DNA of 63,096 nt, filler included, from Chiloscyllium plagiosum (Eukaryota), in assembly GCF_004010195.1 (NCBI RefSeq). It is 4 parts of one record of this genome, joined end to end, with 100 filler letters (N's around TTAATTAATTAA, not from the genome) between each part and the next. Parts side by side here need not be neighbours in the genome. Positions count along the whole stretch, not along the records: positions 38,034 to 55,813 come from NC_057713.1; 3 more parts are not named here. One strand, written 5' to 3'. A program made the position numbers and the translations under genes. Within the stretch, counting starts at the first letter, position 1. Every line of letters begins with the position of its first letter. Positions 40,016-53,414 of the stretch are shown piece by piece. The notes below the pieces were generated by a model. It did no database searches and was not told the DNA's origin. It saw only the letters and a program-made list of their open reading frames with translations.

Positions 40016-41395
40016 TCATTTGTATGTCAAAGTGCTTCCTAACATTTCTCCTAAATGGTCTGGCTCTGATTTTCAGAATATGGCCCTTGGTTTTAGAATT
40101 TCCACCGTGTGGAGATAATTTGTTGTTATCCATGTTGTCTTTTCATGTTAATATCTTGAAGACTTTAATCAGATTACTGTTTAATGGTCATGAATGTCAT
40201 GAAGTCAACCAGAATATAGAATATGAGTTCCCTGACTGAGGTTGTTAATCTGGTCCAAACAGGGAGCCCTGGTTGACAGATAAAAAACAGGAGTGTCAGA
40301 CATCCTGTTCACTCTGAGAGTTGGCTCTCAGTGTCAAGGACTCTCCCCATGTAAATAACAGGTGACTTTTTAATGGGCTACCAGTCTCTGTGGAGTTATT
40401 TCAGTAGCAACAAGAGAAAAGCACGCTCCTGAAGAAATCTGCTAGCAACAGTTGTCTTTGAGTTGGGGTAAGCATTTCTGGCATCATGTCATTATTTGGG
40501 AAGCTTGAACCATTTGATCCTGCCATTGAAGACTGGACCAAGTTTATGGAAAGAATGCATTTTTTTCCCGGGCAAATGGCATTGAGGCAGATGAAATGCA
40601 ATGTGTATTTCTCCTAATATCTTGTAGACATGCAGGTTTTTTGGTTATTAGAATCCTAATTTTCTCTGAGGCATTAGATAATAAAACATTTCAAATGTTG
40701 ATGGATTTAGTTAAAGAATATTATGACCACAAGCCTCTTTTAATTCTGAGTTGCTATCAGTGTTCCATGGTTGTATGAGACTCAGGGGAATCCATATTGG
40801 GATTTTTGACTAGGTTAAGATGACTGGCTGAGGCATGTGATTTTGCATTAAATCTGAATGAAATGCCGAGACACTGTTTGATATGGGGGATTAATGGTGT
40901 TGCCATGCAAAAAAGACTACCAGCTGAAGCCCAAACTGGGCTTCAAACAGGCACTACAACTGGCTTTGTCATTAGAAAATGTGGCAAGTGGAGAATGGGA
41001 GCTAGTTGCTGCTGGTATGCAGAAGAGTCCCACTGGACCTAAATTGAGTAAAAGAACTTATAGGTCGGTATCCAGGAGAGTGCACATCCTGGAAAGTCCA
41101 CTTACACGTGGACTGGAATTATTAAATTATTCAGTAACATCCAAATCACAACCAATTTAAATAAACATCTAGTTAAGTGGTCACCCGATCCTAATGGAGG
41201 TTGATACTGATGTGGCTAATTCAGTGATTGTGGAACCAGTCTATCACAAAATTCGCTCTACACTCCAACCCTTACATTTGTGCAAGACCTCGGCTGGACT
41301 GAGAACCTATACCGGAGAAACTTTACGTATTAATGTAATAATTTCGATTCCGGTCTCTTATGAGAAACAACCAGTTCCGCTACCACTGATTGTAG

Positions 41396-43795
41396 AACAT
41401 AGAACATAGAACAATACAGTGCAGAACAGGCCCTTCGACCCTCGATGTTGCCTGTGAACTATTCTCAGCTCGTTCCCCCTACATCATCCCATCATCATCC
41501 ATGTGCTTGTCCAAGGATTGTTTAAATCTCCCTAATGTGGCTGAGTTGATTACACTGGCAGGTAGGGCATTCCACGCCCTTACCACACTCTGAGTAAAGA
41601 ACCTGCCTCTGACATCTGTCTAAAATTTATCACCCCTCAATTTGTAGTTACGCCCCCCTCGTACAAGCTGACGTCATCATCCCAGGGAAAAGACTTGCAC
41701 TGTCTACTCTATCTAATCCTCTGATCATCTTGTATGTCTCTGCCAAACCCCCTCTTAGCCTTCTTCTTTCCAATGAGAACAGACCCAAATCTCTCAGCCT
41801 TTTCTCATAAGACCTTCCCTCCAGACAAGGCAACATCCTGGTAAATCTCCTCTGCACCTTTTCCAATGCTTCCACATCATTCCCGAAATAGATTAGATTA
41901 GATTCCCTACAGTGTGGAAACAGGCCCTTTGGCCCAACAAGTCCACACCGACCCTCTGAAGAGCAACCCACCTAGACCTATTCCCCTACATTTAGCCCTG
42001 AATAATGCACCTTACACTACGGGCAATTTAGCATGGCAATTCACCTAACCTGTACATCTTTCGACTGTGGCAGGAAACTGGAGCACCCGGAGGAAACCCA
42101 TGCAGAGACGGGGAGAATGTGAAAACTCCACACAAACAGTTGCCCGAGGTGGGAATTGAACCCGGGTCCTTGGCGCCATGAGGCAGCAGTGCTAACCACT
42201 GAGCCATCTTGCTAGCAGAACTGTACACAGTATTCCAAGTGTGGCCACACTAGCGTTTTGTATACTTGCAGCATGATATTGCGGCTCCAGAACTCAATCC
42301 CTCTACCAATGAAACCTAACACACCGTATGCCTTCTTAACAGCACTATCAACCTGGGTGGCAACTTTCAGAGATCTATGTACATGGACTCCAAGATCCCT
42401 CTGTACATCCACACTACCAAGAATCTTTCCATTGACCGAGTACTCTGCCTTCCTGGTATTCTTCCCAAAGTGCATCATCTCACATTTAGCTGCATTGAAC
42501 TCCATTTGCCACCTCTCAGCCCAATTCTGCAGCTTATCCAAGTCCCCCTGCAACCTGTAACATTCTTCCAAACTGTCCACTACTCCACCGACTTTGGTGT
42601 CATCTGCAAATTTACTAATCCATCCACCTATGCCTGCGTCTAAGTCATTTATAAAAGTGCCAAACAGCAGTGGTCCCAAAACAGATCCTTGTGGCACATC
42701 ACGAGTGACCAGACTTTAGGCTGAATATTTTCCATCAACCACCACTCACTGCCTTCTTTCAGAAAGCCATTTTCTAATCCAAACTGCTAAAATCACCCTC
42801 AATTCTGTGCTTCTGCATTTTCTCCAAGAGCCTACCATGTGGAACCTTATCAAAGGATTTACTGAAGTCCATGTATACCACGTCAACTGCCCTACCCTAC
42901 ATGCTTGGTCACCTTCTCAAAAAACTCAATGAGGTTTGTGAGACATGACCTGCCCTTGACGAAACCATATTGACTATACGAAATCAAATTGTTGCTTGCT
43001 ACATGACTATAAATCATATCTCTCATAATCCTTTCCAAAACATTTCCTACAACAGAAGTAAGGCTCACTGGTCTATAATTATTTGGGTCATCTCTACTGC
43101 CCTTCTTAAACAAGGGCACAACATTTGCAATCCCCCAGTCCTCAGGTACTAAACCTGTAGACAATAATGACTCAACGATCAAGGCCAAAGGCTCTGCTAT
43201 CTCCTCCCTAGCTTCCTAAAGAGTCCTCAGATAAATCCCATCCGGCCCAGGGGACTTGTCTACTTTCACTCTTTCTAGAATTAATAACACCTGTGTGTAA
43301 CTAATCTCGATCCTTTCTAGTCTAATATCTCGTACCTCATTCTTCTCTACAATACCCTCCTTTTCCTGAGTGGCCTTCTCCTCAATAATATTCTCCTTTG
43401 ACTGGCCCTAGTCCTACTCTAGTCATCCTTTTATTCCTCACATACCTATAGAAAACTTTAGGGTTCTCCTTTATTCTATTTACTAAAGACTACTCGTGTC
43501 CTCTCTTTGCTCTTCTTAACTCTCTCTTTAAATCCTTCCTAACTGATCTGTAACTCTCCATCGCCTCATCTGAACCATCTTGTCTCATCAACACATAAGC
43601 CTCCTTCTTCTGCTTAACAAGAGATGCAATTTATGTAGTAAACCTCGGTTCCCTTACCTTATCACTTCCCCCTGCCTGACAGGGACATACCTATCAAGGA
43701 CATGCAAATTCCTTAAACCAGCTCCACATTTCCATTGTCTGCATCCCCTGCATTTTGCTACACCATTCTATGCATCCTAATTCTTGCCTAATCGC
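41396..43795 (-). mobile_element. 5'-truncated CR1 LINE (2.4 kb) inserted in Gypsy pol, with nested HE1 SINE (about 41890-42208)
   Basis: TSD ATTGTAG at 41389-41395 and 43796-43802. RT motifs PQGSVLGPLLF, FADD, NYRPVSLTSVVG. Confidence 0.9.
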
Positions 43796-44322
43796 ATTGT
43801 AGTAAAAGGCTGGGGCTCAGTCAGATGAAATTGGTTGAGAAAGATTCACCCAGATTGAAGGTATACTTTTTGATTAGAACATGGCCTCCTCAGTGAAGCC
43901 AAAATTAAATGGAAGCTTTTCAGGAAGGTATGAGGACTATCAAAGGAGCTGAAGCCACCTTGCATGTTGACCAGGATGGCCTGGTTCTGCAAGGCCTGGT
44001 CAATGCCATTTGCCTTACGGGCAAAAATAGAGAGAGAAATCAGAAGGAGTTCATTTCAGAATAAAAACATATGAATTCCAGGCACCCCAAGTGACCTACT
44101 TGGGCTATAGAGTTGACAAGATTGGGTTACACCAATTGGAAGATAAAATGAGGATGATCAAAGGTGCTCTGGCTCCCATATCTGCCCTGGAGCAGAGGTC
44201 TTTCATTAGGCTGGTGAATTATTATGGAATGTTCATACATAACGTGGCCTCCAGCCTAGCACCTTTGCATCAACTCTTTAAAAAAAAAGGTCTTCCTTGA
44301 AAATGGTCAAAAACCACATGGC

Positions 44323-44536
44323 GGAGAAAGTGAGGTCTGCAGATGCTGGAGATCAGAGATGGAAATGTGTTGCTGGAAAAGCGCAGCAGGTCAGGCAGCA
44401 TCTAGGGAACAGGAGAATCGACGTTTCGGGCATTAGCCCTTCTTCAGAAGAAGGGCTAATGCCCAAAACGTCGATTCTCCTGTTCCCTAGATGCTGCCTG
44501 ACCTGCTGCGCTTTTCCAGCAACACATTTCCATCTC
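44323..44536. mobile_element. Palindromic Penelope family A mini-element, 90-bp arms centred at 44446
   Basis: 44356-44536 is self-complementary with one mismatch seen. TSD (TC)AAAAACCACATGGC at 44307-44322 and 44535-44550. Confidence 0.9.
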
Positions 44537-45940
44537 AAAAACCACATGGCACCAGGTTTGGTCAAACAAGTTTATTTGAAAAAACAAGCTTTTGGAGCCT
44601 TGCTCATTTTCAGGTGCTCGAGAGAGAGGGAACATCAGACACAGAATTTGTAAGTAAACAATGAAAGGGTCATATGACTGATGTGAATGTATTGAACAAA
44701 CCTAAGATGACTGTTAAATTTTTAATCAGTTAGAATGGAGATACAGGTTTGGATTGATTAATATGCAAATCCCAGAATTTCTTTCAATTCACTGCCCCGA
44801 GATAATTTTTATCAATATAGAAGAGGCCTTGTCTGACCTGGAGTCAGACTGGTTTTATTTCCAAAGTAGGAATTTATAAAATGCCGCAGTAACTGACTGT
44901 CTACAAATTGCTTTTTGAGCAAAATAGAATGTATCTGCAAAAATACAAATCTGCAAATGCAAATTCACCCCATAGACTTATATGTGTGTGGAGGAGGGGG
45001 GACAGGGCAGGCAGAGAGAGAGAAAATGTATGTATGTGTGTGGGAGAGAGAGAGGGAGAACGTGTGTGCATGCGTGCGCGAGAAAGAGTGTGTGTGTGTG
45101 TGTGTGTGCAGGAGAGAAAAAGACATTGGGTGTATGTGTGTGTGTGCGTGAGAGAGAGAAAGTGTATAGAGTGGTGGGGTCACCGGTAGTGTGACATGAA
45201 TCCGACACCACACATCAGGTGCACGGCAGGTACTCATATGAATCTGCTAACATTGCCTAGCTCATCTGCTGCAGACAAGGATGCCCCAGGCATGGTGTAT
45301 TGGCGAGACCATGTGGACACTATAACGACAGATGAATGGACACCATGCAACAATCGCCAGACAGGGATGTTATCTCCCAGTGGGGCAACATTTCAGTGGT
45401 CAAGGACATTCGGCCTCAGATCATAAGGTAAATGCCCTCCAAGGCAGATTTTGGGATACATAACAACACAGAGTCGGTGGGCAGAGGCTGATAGCCAAGG
45501 TCAATACCCATGAAGACGGCCTCAACCAGGCTCTTGGGTTCGTGTTGTACTACAGGTGACCCCACCACACTATACACGCTCACACACACACATACACACA
45601 CTCTCTCACACTCACACAGATCCTCTTTCATACATAAACTCTCTCACACACAATATCTCACACAAGCAAGCACACACACTCTCAACCATACATCTGCACA
45701 CACACCCTCTCACACACACACACGCACACACACACACGTACAACCACATGCACACACACATCTAAATCTATGGGGTGAGTTTACATTTGCAGATTTGTAT
45801 TTGAGGATACATTTTATTTTGTTGTAAAAGCACACAATTTGTATACAGTCAGTCAATGTGGCAATTTATAAATTCCTACTTTGTAAATAATACCAGTCTG
45901 ACTCCAGGTTAAGACAAGGCCTTCCAACTAAAATGCATTG

Positions 45941-47077
45941 ATGTGGAGGTGCTGATGTTGGACTGGGGTGGACAAAGTTAAAACTCACACAACGCCAAGT
46001 TATAGTCAAACAGATTTAGAGTCATAGAGATGTACAGCATGGAAACAGACCTCTTCGGTCTAACCCATCCATGCCGACCAGATATCCCAACCCAATCTAG
46101 TCCCACCTACTAGCACTCAGCCCATATCCCTCCAAACCCTTCCTATTCATATACCCATCCAAATGCCTCATAAATGTTGCAATTGTACCAGCCTCCACCA
46201 CATCCATGCCTTTGCCGCCCTCTGTGTGAAACGGTTGACCCTTAGGTCTCTTTTATATCTTTCCCCTCTCACCCTAAACCTATGCCCTCTAGTTCTGGAC
46301 TCCCCGACCCCAGGGAAAAGACTTTGCCTATTTATCCTATCCATGCCCCTCATAATTTTGTAAACCTCTATAAGGTCACCCCTCAGACTCCGATGCTCCA
46401 GGGAAAACAGCCCCAGCCTGTTCAGCCTCTCCCTGTAGCTCAAATCTTCCAACCCTGGTAACATCCTTGTACATCTTTTCTGAACCCTTTCAAGTTTCAC
46501 AACATCTTTCCAATGGAAAGGAGACCAGTACTGCATGCAATATTCCAACAGTGGCCTAACCAATGTCCTGTACAGCTGCAACATGACGTCCAACTCCTGT
46601 ACTCAATGCTCTGACCAATAAAGGAAAGCATACTTCATTATCCTATCTTCTTCATTATCCTATCTTCCTGCGACTCCACTTTCAAAGAGCTATGAAGGTG
46701 CACTCCAAGGTCTCTTTGTTCAGCAACACTCCCCAGGACCTTACCATTAAGTGTATAAGTCCTGCTAAGATTTGCTTTCCCAAAATGCAGCACCTTGCAT
46801 TTATTTGAATTAAACCCCATCTGCCACTTCTCAGCCCATTGGCCCATCTGGTCAAGATCCTGTTGTAATCTGAGGTAATCCTCTTCGCTGTCCACCAACT
46901 CTCCAATTTTGGTGTCATCTGCAAACTTATTAACTGTACCTCTTATGCTCGCATCCAAATCATTTATGTAAATGTTGAAGTGTTGCTCCTTCATCAGGTG
47001 TGACAATGGAGCAGGGCTCCAAAAGCTTGTACTTCCAAATAAACCTGCAGTACTTTAACCTGGTGTTTGTGATTTTT
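45941..47077. mobile_element. Penelope family B mini-element containing a nested CR1 3' segment (about 46018-46970, minus strand)
   Basis: TSD AACTAAAATGCATTG (45926-45940) / AACTAAACTGCATTG (47078-47092). CR1 ORF2 motifs in ORFs 46168-46593 and 46638-47006. Confidence 0.8.
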
Positions 47078-47828
47078 AACTAAACTGCATTGTCTGACCT
47101 GAGATATCACCTATTCAATAATGATGAAACTTTAAGTTATCTCAGGGCAGTGACTTCAAAGAAATTCTAGGATTTGCACACTAATTAGTCGAAACCCAGA
47201 TCTCCATTCTAACTGATTAAAGATTTAGCAGCCATCTTAGTTTTGTTCAAGATATTCACATCAGTTGTATGACCCTTTGATCTTTTACTTATAAATTCTG
47301 TGTCTGATGTTCCCTTTCTCACTAACACCTAAAAATGAGCAAGGCTCCAAAAGCTTGTGTTTTCAAATAAACGTGTTGGACTATAACCTGGTTTTGTGTG
47401 ATTTTTCACCTTGTCCAATCCAGTCCAGCAATCACACCTCCACATGTTGGAAATAGTCACATAGCCAAGCCATAACTTTCAGAGAAATGGAGAAACAACT
47501 ATCAGCTTCTAAGCTGTTGGTGCACTATGATGCCAAGCGAGATCTGGTATTGACATGCCATGCCTCCCTGTACTGCACAGGAGCAACATTAGATCATAGA
47601 TGGCCCAATAGGGTATATATCCAGGACTTTGGCTAATGCAGAGCATAATACATCTAAATGGAGAAAGAAGGTTTGGCAGTCATATTTGGAGTCAGGAAGT
47701 CCCACCAATACCTTGACAGGTTTAAATTTATAATAATAAGGGGCCACAAAACCCTGCTAGGTCTACTTAAAGAGGACAAGGTAGTGCCGCCCATAGCTTC
47801 AGGACAAATTCAGCCACGGGTTCTAATA

Positions 47829-48146
47829 CAGGTAGATAACCCTTTAACCGAAATCCTGAAATCCGAAAAGCTAAGGCTTTCTTTGTGAAGCTTTTTTCTC
47901 AATAACAAGGTTGTTTTACATGCAAACAGTTAACCTGAATCCACATCCACTCATTGCATGTCACTCAGATGTGATGTGGGTGGGCGTGGCCCAGCACTCA
48001 ATTCTGTCTCAGGATCCATAATACTCACAGTGAGTCCTTTAAAAAAAATTTCACCATCAAACTGTCACTTATTCCGAAATTTGAAAAATTCCGAATTCCG
48101 AAAACCAGCTGGTCCTGTATGGTTCAGATAAAGGATTGTGTACCTG
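47829..48146. mobile_element. Tc1/mariner (Tigger/pogo-like) MITE with TA target duplication
   Basis: TIRs CAGGTAGATAACCCTTTAACCGAA / TTCAGATAAAGGATTGTGTACCTG, TA at 47827-47828 and 48147-48148. Removing it restores the Gypsy frame RVLILSAYHY. Confidence 0.85.
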
Positions 48147-48184
48147 TACTAAGTGCCTATCATTACAAGTCGGAACACAAGTTG

Positions 48185-50925
48185 GGGAAGTTCGTGGTCA
48201 TAGCTTGGGGACAGGCCATATCACAGTTGAGGAGATATGGATGTAGTGGAATGTATGAAGGTGAATGAATCTCCTGATCCTGACCAGATATTTCCAAGAA
48301 CACTGCAAGAGGCTAGAGAAGAAATTGGGGGGCCCTAATTGATATGTTTGCATCATTGTTAGCCATGGGTGAGGTCCCAGAAGACTGGAGAGTAGCGAAT
48401 ATTGTGCTATTCAAGAAGGAATAAACTGGGAACTATAGACCAGTAAGCCTAACATCTTTGGTGGTTAAGTTATTTGAGACACTTCTGAGAGATATGATAT
48501 ACATGCATTTGGAAAGACAAGTTTGATTAGGTATAGTCAGCATGGCTTTGTGCGTGGGAGATCATGCCTCACAAATTTGTTAGCATTCTTTAATGAAGTC
48601 ACCAGAAAGGTTGATGAGGGCAGGGTGGTAGACGTAGTCTATATGGATTTCATTAAGGCGTTTGATAAGATTACACATGGTAGGCTGCTCTGGGAGTCAT
48701 AGAGTCATAGAGTCATAGAGATGTACAGCATGGAAACATTAAGTGTATAAGTCCTGCTAAGAATTGCTTTCCCAAAATGCAGCACCTCGCATTTATCTAA
48801 ATTAAACACCATCTGCCACTTCTCAGCCCAGTGGCCCATCTGGTCAAGATCCTGTTGTAATCTGAGGTAACCCTCTTCGCTGTCCACTACACCTCCAATT
48901 TTGGTGACCCTTCGGTCCAACCCGTCCATGCTGACCAAATATCTCAACCCAATCTAGTCCCATCTGCCAGCACCTGGCCCATATCCATCCAAACCCTTCC
49001 TATTCATCTATCCATCCTCTTAAATTGCAATTTAAATTGCAATTGTACCAGCCTCTACCACTTCCTCTGGCAGCTCATTCCATACACATACTACCCTCTG
49101 CGTGAAAATGTTGCCCCTTAGGTCTCTTTTATATCTTTCCCCTCTCACCCTAAACCTATGCCCTCTAGTTCTGGACTCCCCGANNNNNNNNNNNNNNNNN
49201 NNNNNNNNNNNNNNNNNNNNNNNNNNNNNNNNNNNNNNNNNNNNNNNNNNNNNNNNNNNNNNNNNNNNNNNNNNNNNNNNNNNNNNNNNNNNNNNNNNNN
49301 NNNNNNNNNNNNNNNNNNNNNNNNNNNNNNNNNNNNNNNNNNNNNNNNNNNNNNNNNNNNNNNNNNNNNNNNNNNNNNNNNNNNNNNNNNNNNNNNNNNN
49401 NNNNNNNNNNNNNNNNNNNNNNNNNNNNNNNNNNNNNNNNNNNNNNNNNNNNNNNNNNNNNNNNNNNNNNNNNNNNNNNNNNNNNNNNNNNNNNNNNNNN
49501 NNNNNNNNNNNNNNNNNNNNNNNNNNNNNNNNNNNNNNNNNNNNNNNNNNNNNNNNNNNNNNNNNNNNNNNNNNNNNNNNNNNNNNNNNNNNNNNNNNNN
49601 NNNNNNNNNNNNNNNNNNNNNNNNNNNNNNNNNNNNNNNNNNNNNNNNNNNNNNNNNNNNNNNNNNNNNNNNNNNNNNNNNNAGTTCTGTATCCAAATGG
49701 CTAGTTCTCCCTGTATTCCATGAGATCTAACCTTGCTAATCAGTCTCCCATGGGGAACCTTGTCGAACGCCTTACTGAAGTCCATATAGATCACATCTAC
49801 TGCTCTGCCCTCATCAATCTTCTTTGTTACTATGGAATTCACGGGGAGCTGGCAAATTGAATACACAATTGGCTTGATGGTAGGAAGTTGAGGCTAATAA
49901 TGGAAGGTTGCTTGTTGGAAGAATTGTTGGTGGCAGAAACGGCAGAAGATAATGCGCTGTACAGAGTCACAGAGTCACAGAGTCCTACAACATGGGAGCA
50001 GATCCTTTGGCCCAAACTGGTCCATGCCGACCAAAATATCCATCTACACTAACCCCATTTCCCTGCACTTGCCCCATATCCTTCAAACCTTACCTATCCT
50101 TATATTTGTCCAAATGCCTTTTAAATGTTTTTAATGTACACACTTCAACCACTTCTGCTGGCAGCTCATTCCATTTGTGTACCACCCTCTGTGTAAAAAA
50201 GTTGCCCCTCAAGTTGCCTTTTATTCTTTCTCTAACCTTAAACTGATGCCCTCTAGTCCATGATTTCCTAACCCTGCGAAAAAGACTGAATGCATTCACC
50301 CTATTGATGCCTCTCATGATCTTATATGTCTCTATAAGAGCACCCCCTCAATCTCCTACACTCAAAGAAAAAAGTCCTAGCTTGTCCAACCTCTCCCTAT
50401 AACTCAGACCCTTGAGTCCACACAACATCTTTGTAAATTTCTTCTACACTCTTTCTAGTTTAATAACATCCTTCCTATAACAAGGTGACCAGAACGGAAC
50501 ACAATACTCCAAGTGCTGCCTCACCAACGTCCGGTACAATTGCAACATAACTTCCCCCAACTTCTATACTCATTGCCCTGACTGATGAAGGCCAGTGTGC
50601 TAAAAGCCTTCTTCACTGCCCTGTCTACCTATGATTCCACTTTCAGAGAACCATGCACTTGAACTCCAAGGTTCCTCTGTTCCACTCCTCAAGGTTCTAC
50701 CATTCCCCATGAAACTCCTACCTTGATTTGACTTTCTAAAATGCAAGATCTCACAATTATCTATATTTAACTCCATTTGCTATTTCTCAGTTCACTTTCC
50801 CAGTTGATCAAGATCCTGCTGCAATTTCTGATTACTTTCCTCACTGTCCGCAATACCACCTATTTTAGTGTCATCTCCAAACTGTACATTTTCATCCAAA
50901 CCATTGATAGAGATAACAAACAGCA
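48185..50925. mobile_element. Stack of CR1 LINE fragments on both strands inside Gypsy pol; includes a 499-N gap (49184-49682)
   Basis: NYRPVSLTS, VIYMDFSKAFDKVPHGRL, FFTQRVV motifs; (ATAGAGTC)n tails. Confidence 0.75.
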
Positions 50926-50929
50926 ATGA

Positions 50930-51560
50930 TCCCTGAGGCACTCCACTCGTCACACAGTCAGACCCCACCACCAGAGATACATTTCCCACCCCATCCTTAT
51001 CAGCATTCTGCAGAGACCATTATCTCCTCAACTCCCTCGTTAGGTCCATGCCTGCACCCTCCACTCCCGGCACCTTCCCTTGCCACCACAAGAGGTGTAA
51101 AACCTCCACCCTTGAACCCCACCCCTCCAACCACAACAAGGATAGGCCCCTCTCATCTTCTACCCCACCAATCTCTGGATACAATGTGTCATCCTCTGCC
51201 ATTTCCACCACCTACAGTCAGACCCCACCAGTAGAGATATATTTCCCTCCCCACCCCTATCAGCATTCCGCAGACTCCATTCCCTCCACAACTCCTTTGT
51301 GAGATCCACTCCCCCCACCAACCCACCCTCCACTCCCGGCATCTTCCCTTGCCACCGCAAGGAGTGTACAATCTACACCCACACCTCCCCCCTCACCTCT
51401 GTTGAAGGCCCCAAAGGATCCTTCCACATCTGGCAGAGATTTTCCTGCACATCCACACACCTCATCTACTGTGTCCATTGCTCTCGATGTGGTCTCCTGT
51501 ATACTGGGGACACAGGATGCCAACTTGTGGAATGTTTCAGGGAACATCTTGTAAAGCCTC
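50930..51560 (+). mobile_element. Penelope-like fragment with GIY-YIG endonuclease and an internal ~260-bp duplication
   Basis: FSCTSTHLIYCVHCSRCGLLYTGDTGCQLVECFREHL. ACAGTCAGACCCCACCA occurs near 50953 and 51214. Confidence 0.8.
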
Positions 51561-53414
51561 CTGTATGACTCTATGACCATCCGAGAGCCCAAGTAGTGAG
51601 CATGGATGCACTAAGCCACCTCTTTTTGCTAGATATACCATTGAAAGAGTGCGTAGTGGTTTTAAATTTTCTGGTAATACTTCCAGTCACAGCTGACAAT
51701 ATCACACTTTGAACACCAAAATGAAAATGAAACAGCTGGTGGTGTTCGGAGAAACCAAAGAGCCGTCACAACTAGAATTGAAACCGTTTTGGACACAGAG
51801 AGACTAGATCACAGAACACTGTATTATTATGAGGAGCAAGTATGATTGTACCAAGCAAAGGTCACCACCAAGTACTGGCTGAACTCTACCAGGGTCTCCA
51901 GAGTTATCCAAAATGAAAATGTTAGTGAGATGTTATGTCTGGTGGCCAGGATTGGATGCAGACATATCTGTTGGTTGGGCAGTGCCCAGAGTGTCAACAA
52001 GACAAAAAGTACAGCCAGCAGCTCGTCCACATTCGTGGAACTGGCTGGGTAAACCACGGACATCGACTTTGTGGGTCCTTTCATGGGCTCAATACTCTTA
52101 ATCATTGTGGACACTGACTCAAAATGGCCAGATGTGCATAGAGCTCATTTGTCAAACACGGGGATGATAATGGAAAACCTGTGCGCAACTTTCACTACAC
52201 ATGGACTCCCAGAAGTGTTGGTCACAGATAACGGGTGATTGTTCACCAGCAGGGAAATTGAGTATTTCCTAAAGTTGAATGGCATTCCACATAGAAGGAA
52301 AGCTCCATAACATCTATCATCCAATGGTCTGATAGAAAGGGCAGTCCAAACTTTGACAGCAGGCTTAAAGAAACAGCCTACAGTTTCACTAGATACCAAA
52401 TTGTCCTGGTTCCTATTTGATCATAGGACCACCCCATATGCAACTACTGGATTCCAGCAGATTTGCTAATAGGGGGAAGACTCCACACCAGGTTAAATCT
52501 GATTTTCCCAGACCTGTGGCTGAGGGTGAAATGGCATCAGGAGCACCTCTGTCAGACACAAGAATCCGCTAAGAATGAGAGACAGTTTACTTCAGGGACT
52601 AAGTTTGGTGTGGGAATCATAGGAATGGCCCTGCATGGGTAAGAAGCATGACGAAGTGAGGAGAGGTCCAGTGCCGTATAAAATTGGGGAAGGTGCGAGA
52701 GTCTGAGCAAGCATGTGAACCATATGAAAGCTGCAAACCCAAAATTGATGTGGGAGCAAAACACGCCCGGCTCATCAACAGTCTTTCCGACCTCTGGAGT
52801 TATTTCATTAACCTTCTAAATTCTAAAGAGAATAGGTCTAACTTGTATCATCTTTCCTCATAACTTAACCCATGGAGTCCAGGTATCATTCTTGAAAACA
52901 AGAAATAAATAAGGGAATTCTTCCCAGTGTCCTGGACTAATATGGTTCCTTAAATTAAACCTAAAAACAGATTATCTAACCATCATATCATTACATTTGA
53001 GAGCTTTCTTGTGCAAATTAACTTGTTATGATCATTTCATTCATTACAACAGTGGCAATGCTTCAAGAAGTATTTGTACTTCCTTTTTCCCACTTTGGTC
53101 CAAGGTTGAGAAAATAAGTACATATAAAATTAAATAAATATAACTATAAGGAAATGGTTTTTCACAGAGTTTAATGTTTTCATAAAGCAATGAAAGTGGA
53201 AGAAAAAGAATGTGATGTTAAGCATGTATGCAGAATGTTGCATGTTTGATTGAGAACTGTTACAGCATTTGTTCTTGACTGTATTGGACATGATATATAT
53301 TTTAGACAATGCCTATTTATTTTCTTAAAGCTATCAGCTAGTGGATGAAAATGAAAGAATACACCACTTTGAAATATGTACAATTGTAGAATAACCCCTG
53401 TACTATGAATAAGC

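Larger units (their letters stand above)
44310..47446 (+). mobile_element. Penelope-like element (family B) with inverted 5' terminal repeat and central GIY-YIG remnant
   Basis: Left arm about 44310-45195 is the inverse of the right arm (about 45550-45940 + 47093-47410). Centre translates with lesions as GRYS..SAN...CRQGCP..W.IGET...HF...RLIAK..THEDGLN. Degenerate TSD TTGAAAATGGTCA (44297-44309) / TTGGAAATAGTCA (47447-47459). Confidence 0.8.
40185..52807 (+). mobile_element. Decayed Ty3/Gypsy LTR retrotransposon (gag-PR-RT-RNaseH-IN) interrupted by multiple nested insertions
   Basis: 5' LTR 40185-40403 (TG...TTATTTCA). gag MSLFGKLEPFDP at 40486; protease MEVDT at 41194; RT C-part YLGY...LVNYYGMFI at 44091; RNase H EKEGLAVIFGV at 47658; integrase YVWWPGLDADI, DFVGPF, VTDNG, SNGLIERAV at about 51900-52380. 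3' LTR remnant TGGAGTTATTTCA. TTAA TSD at 40181-40184 and 52808-52811. Confidence 0.85.
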
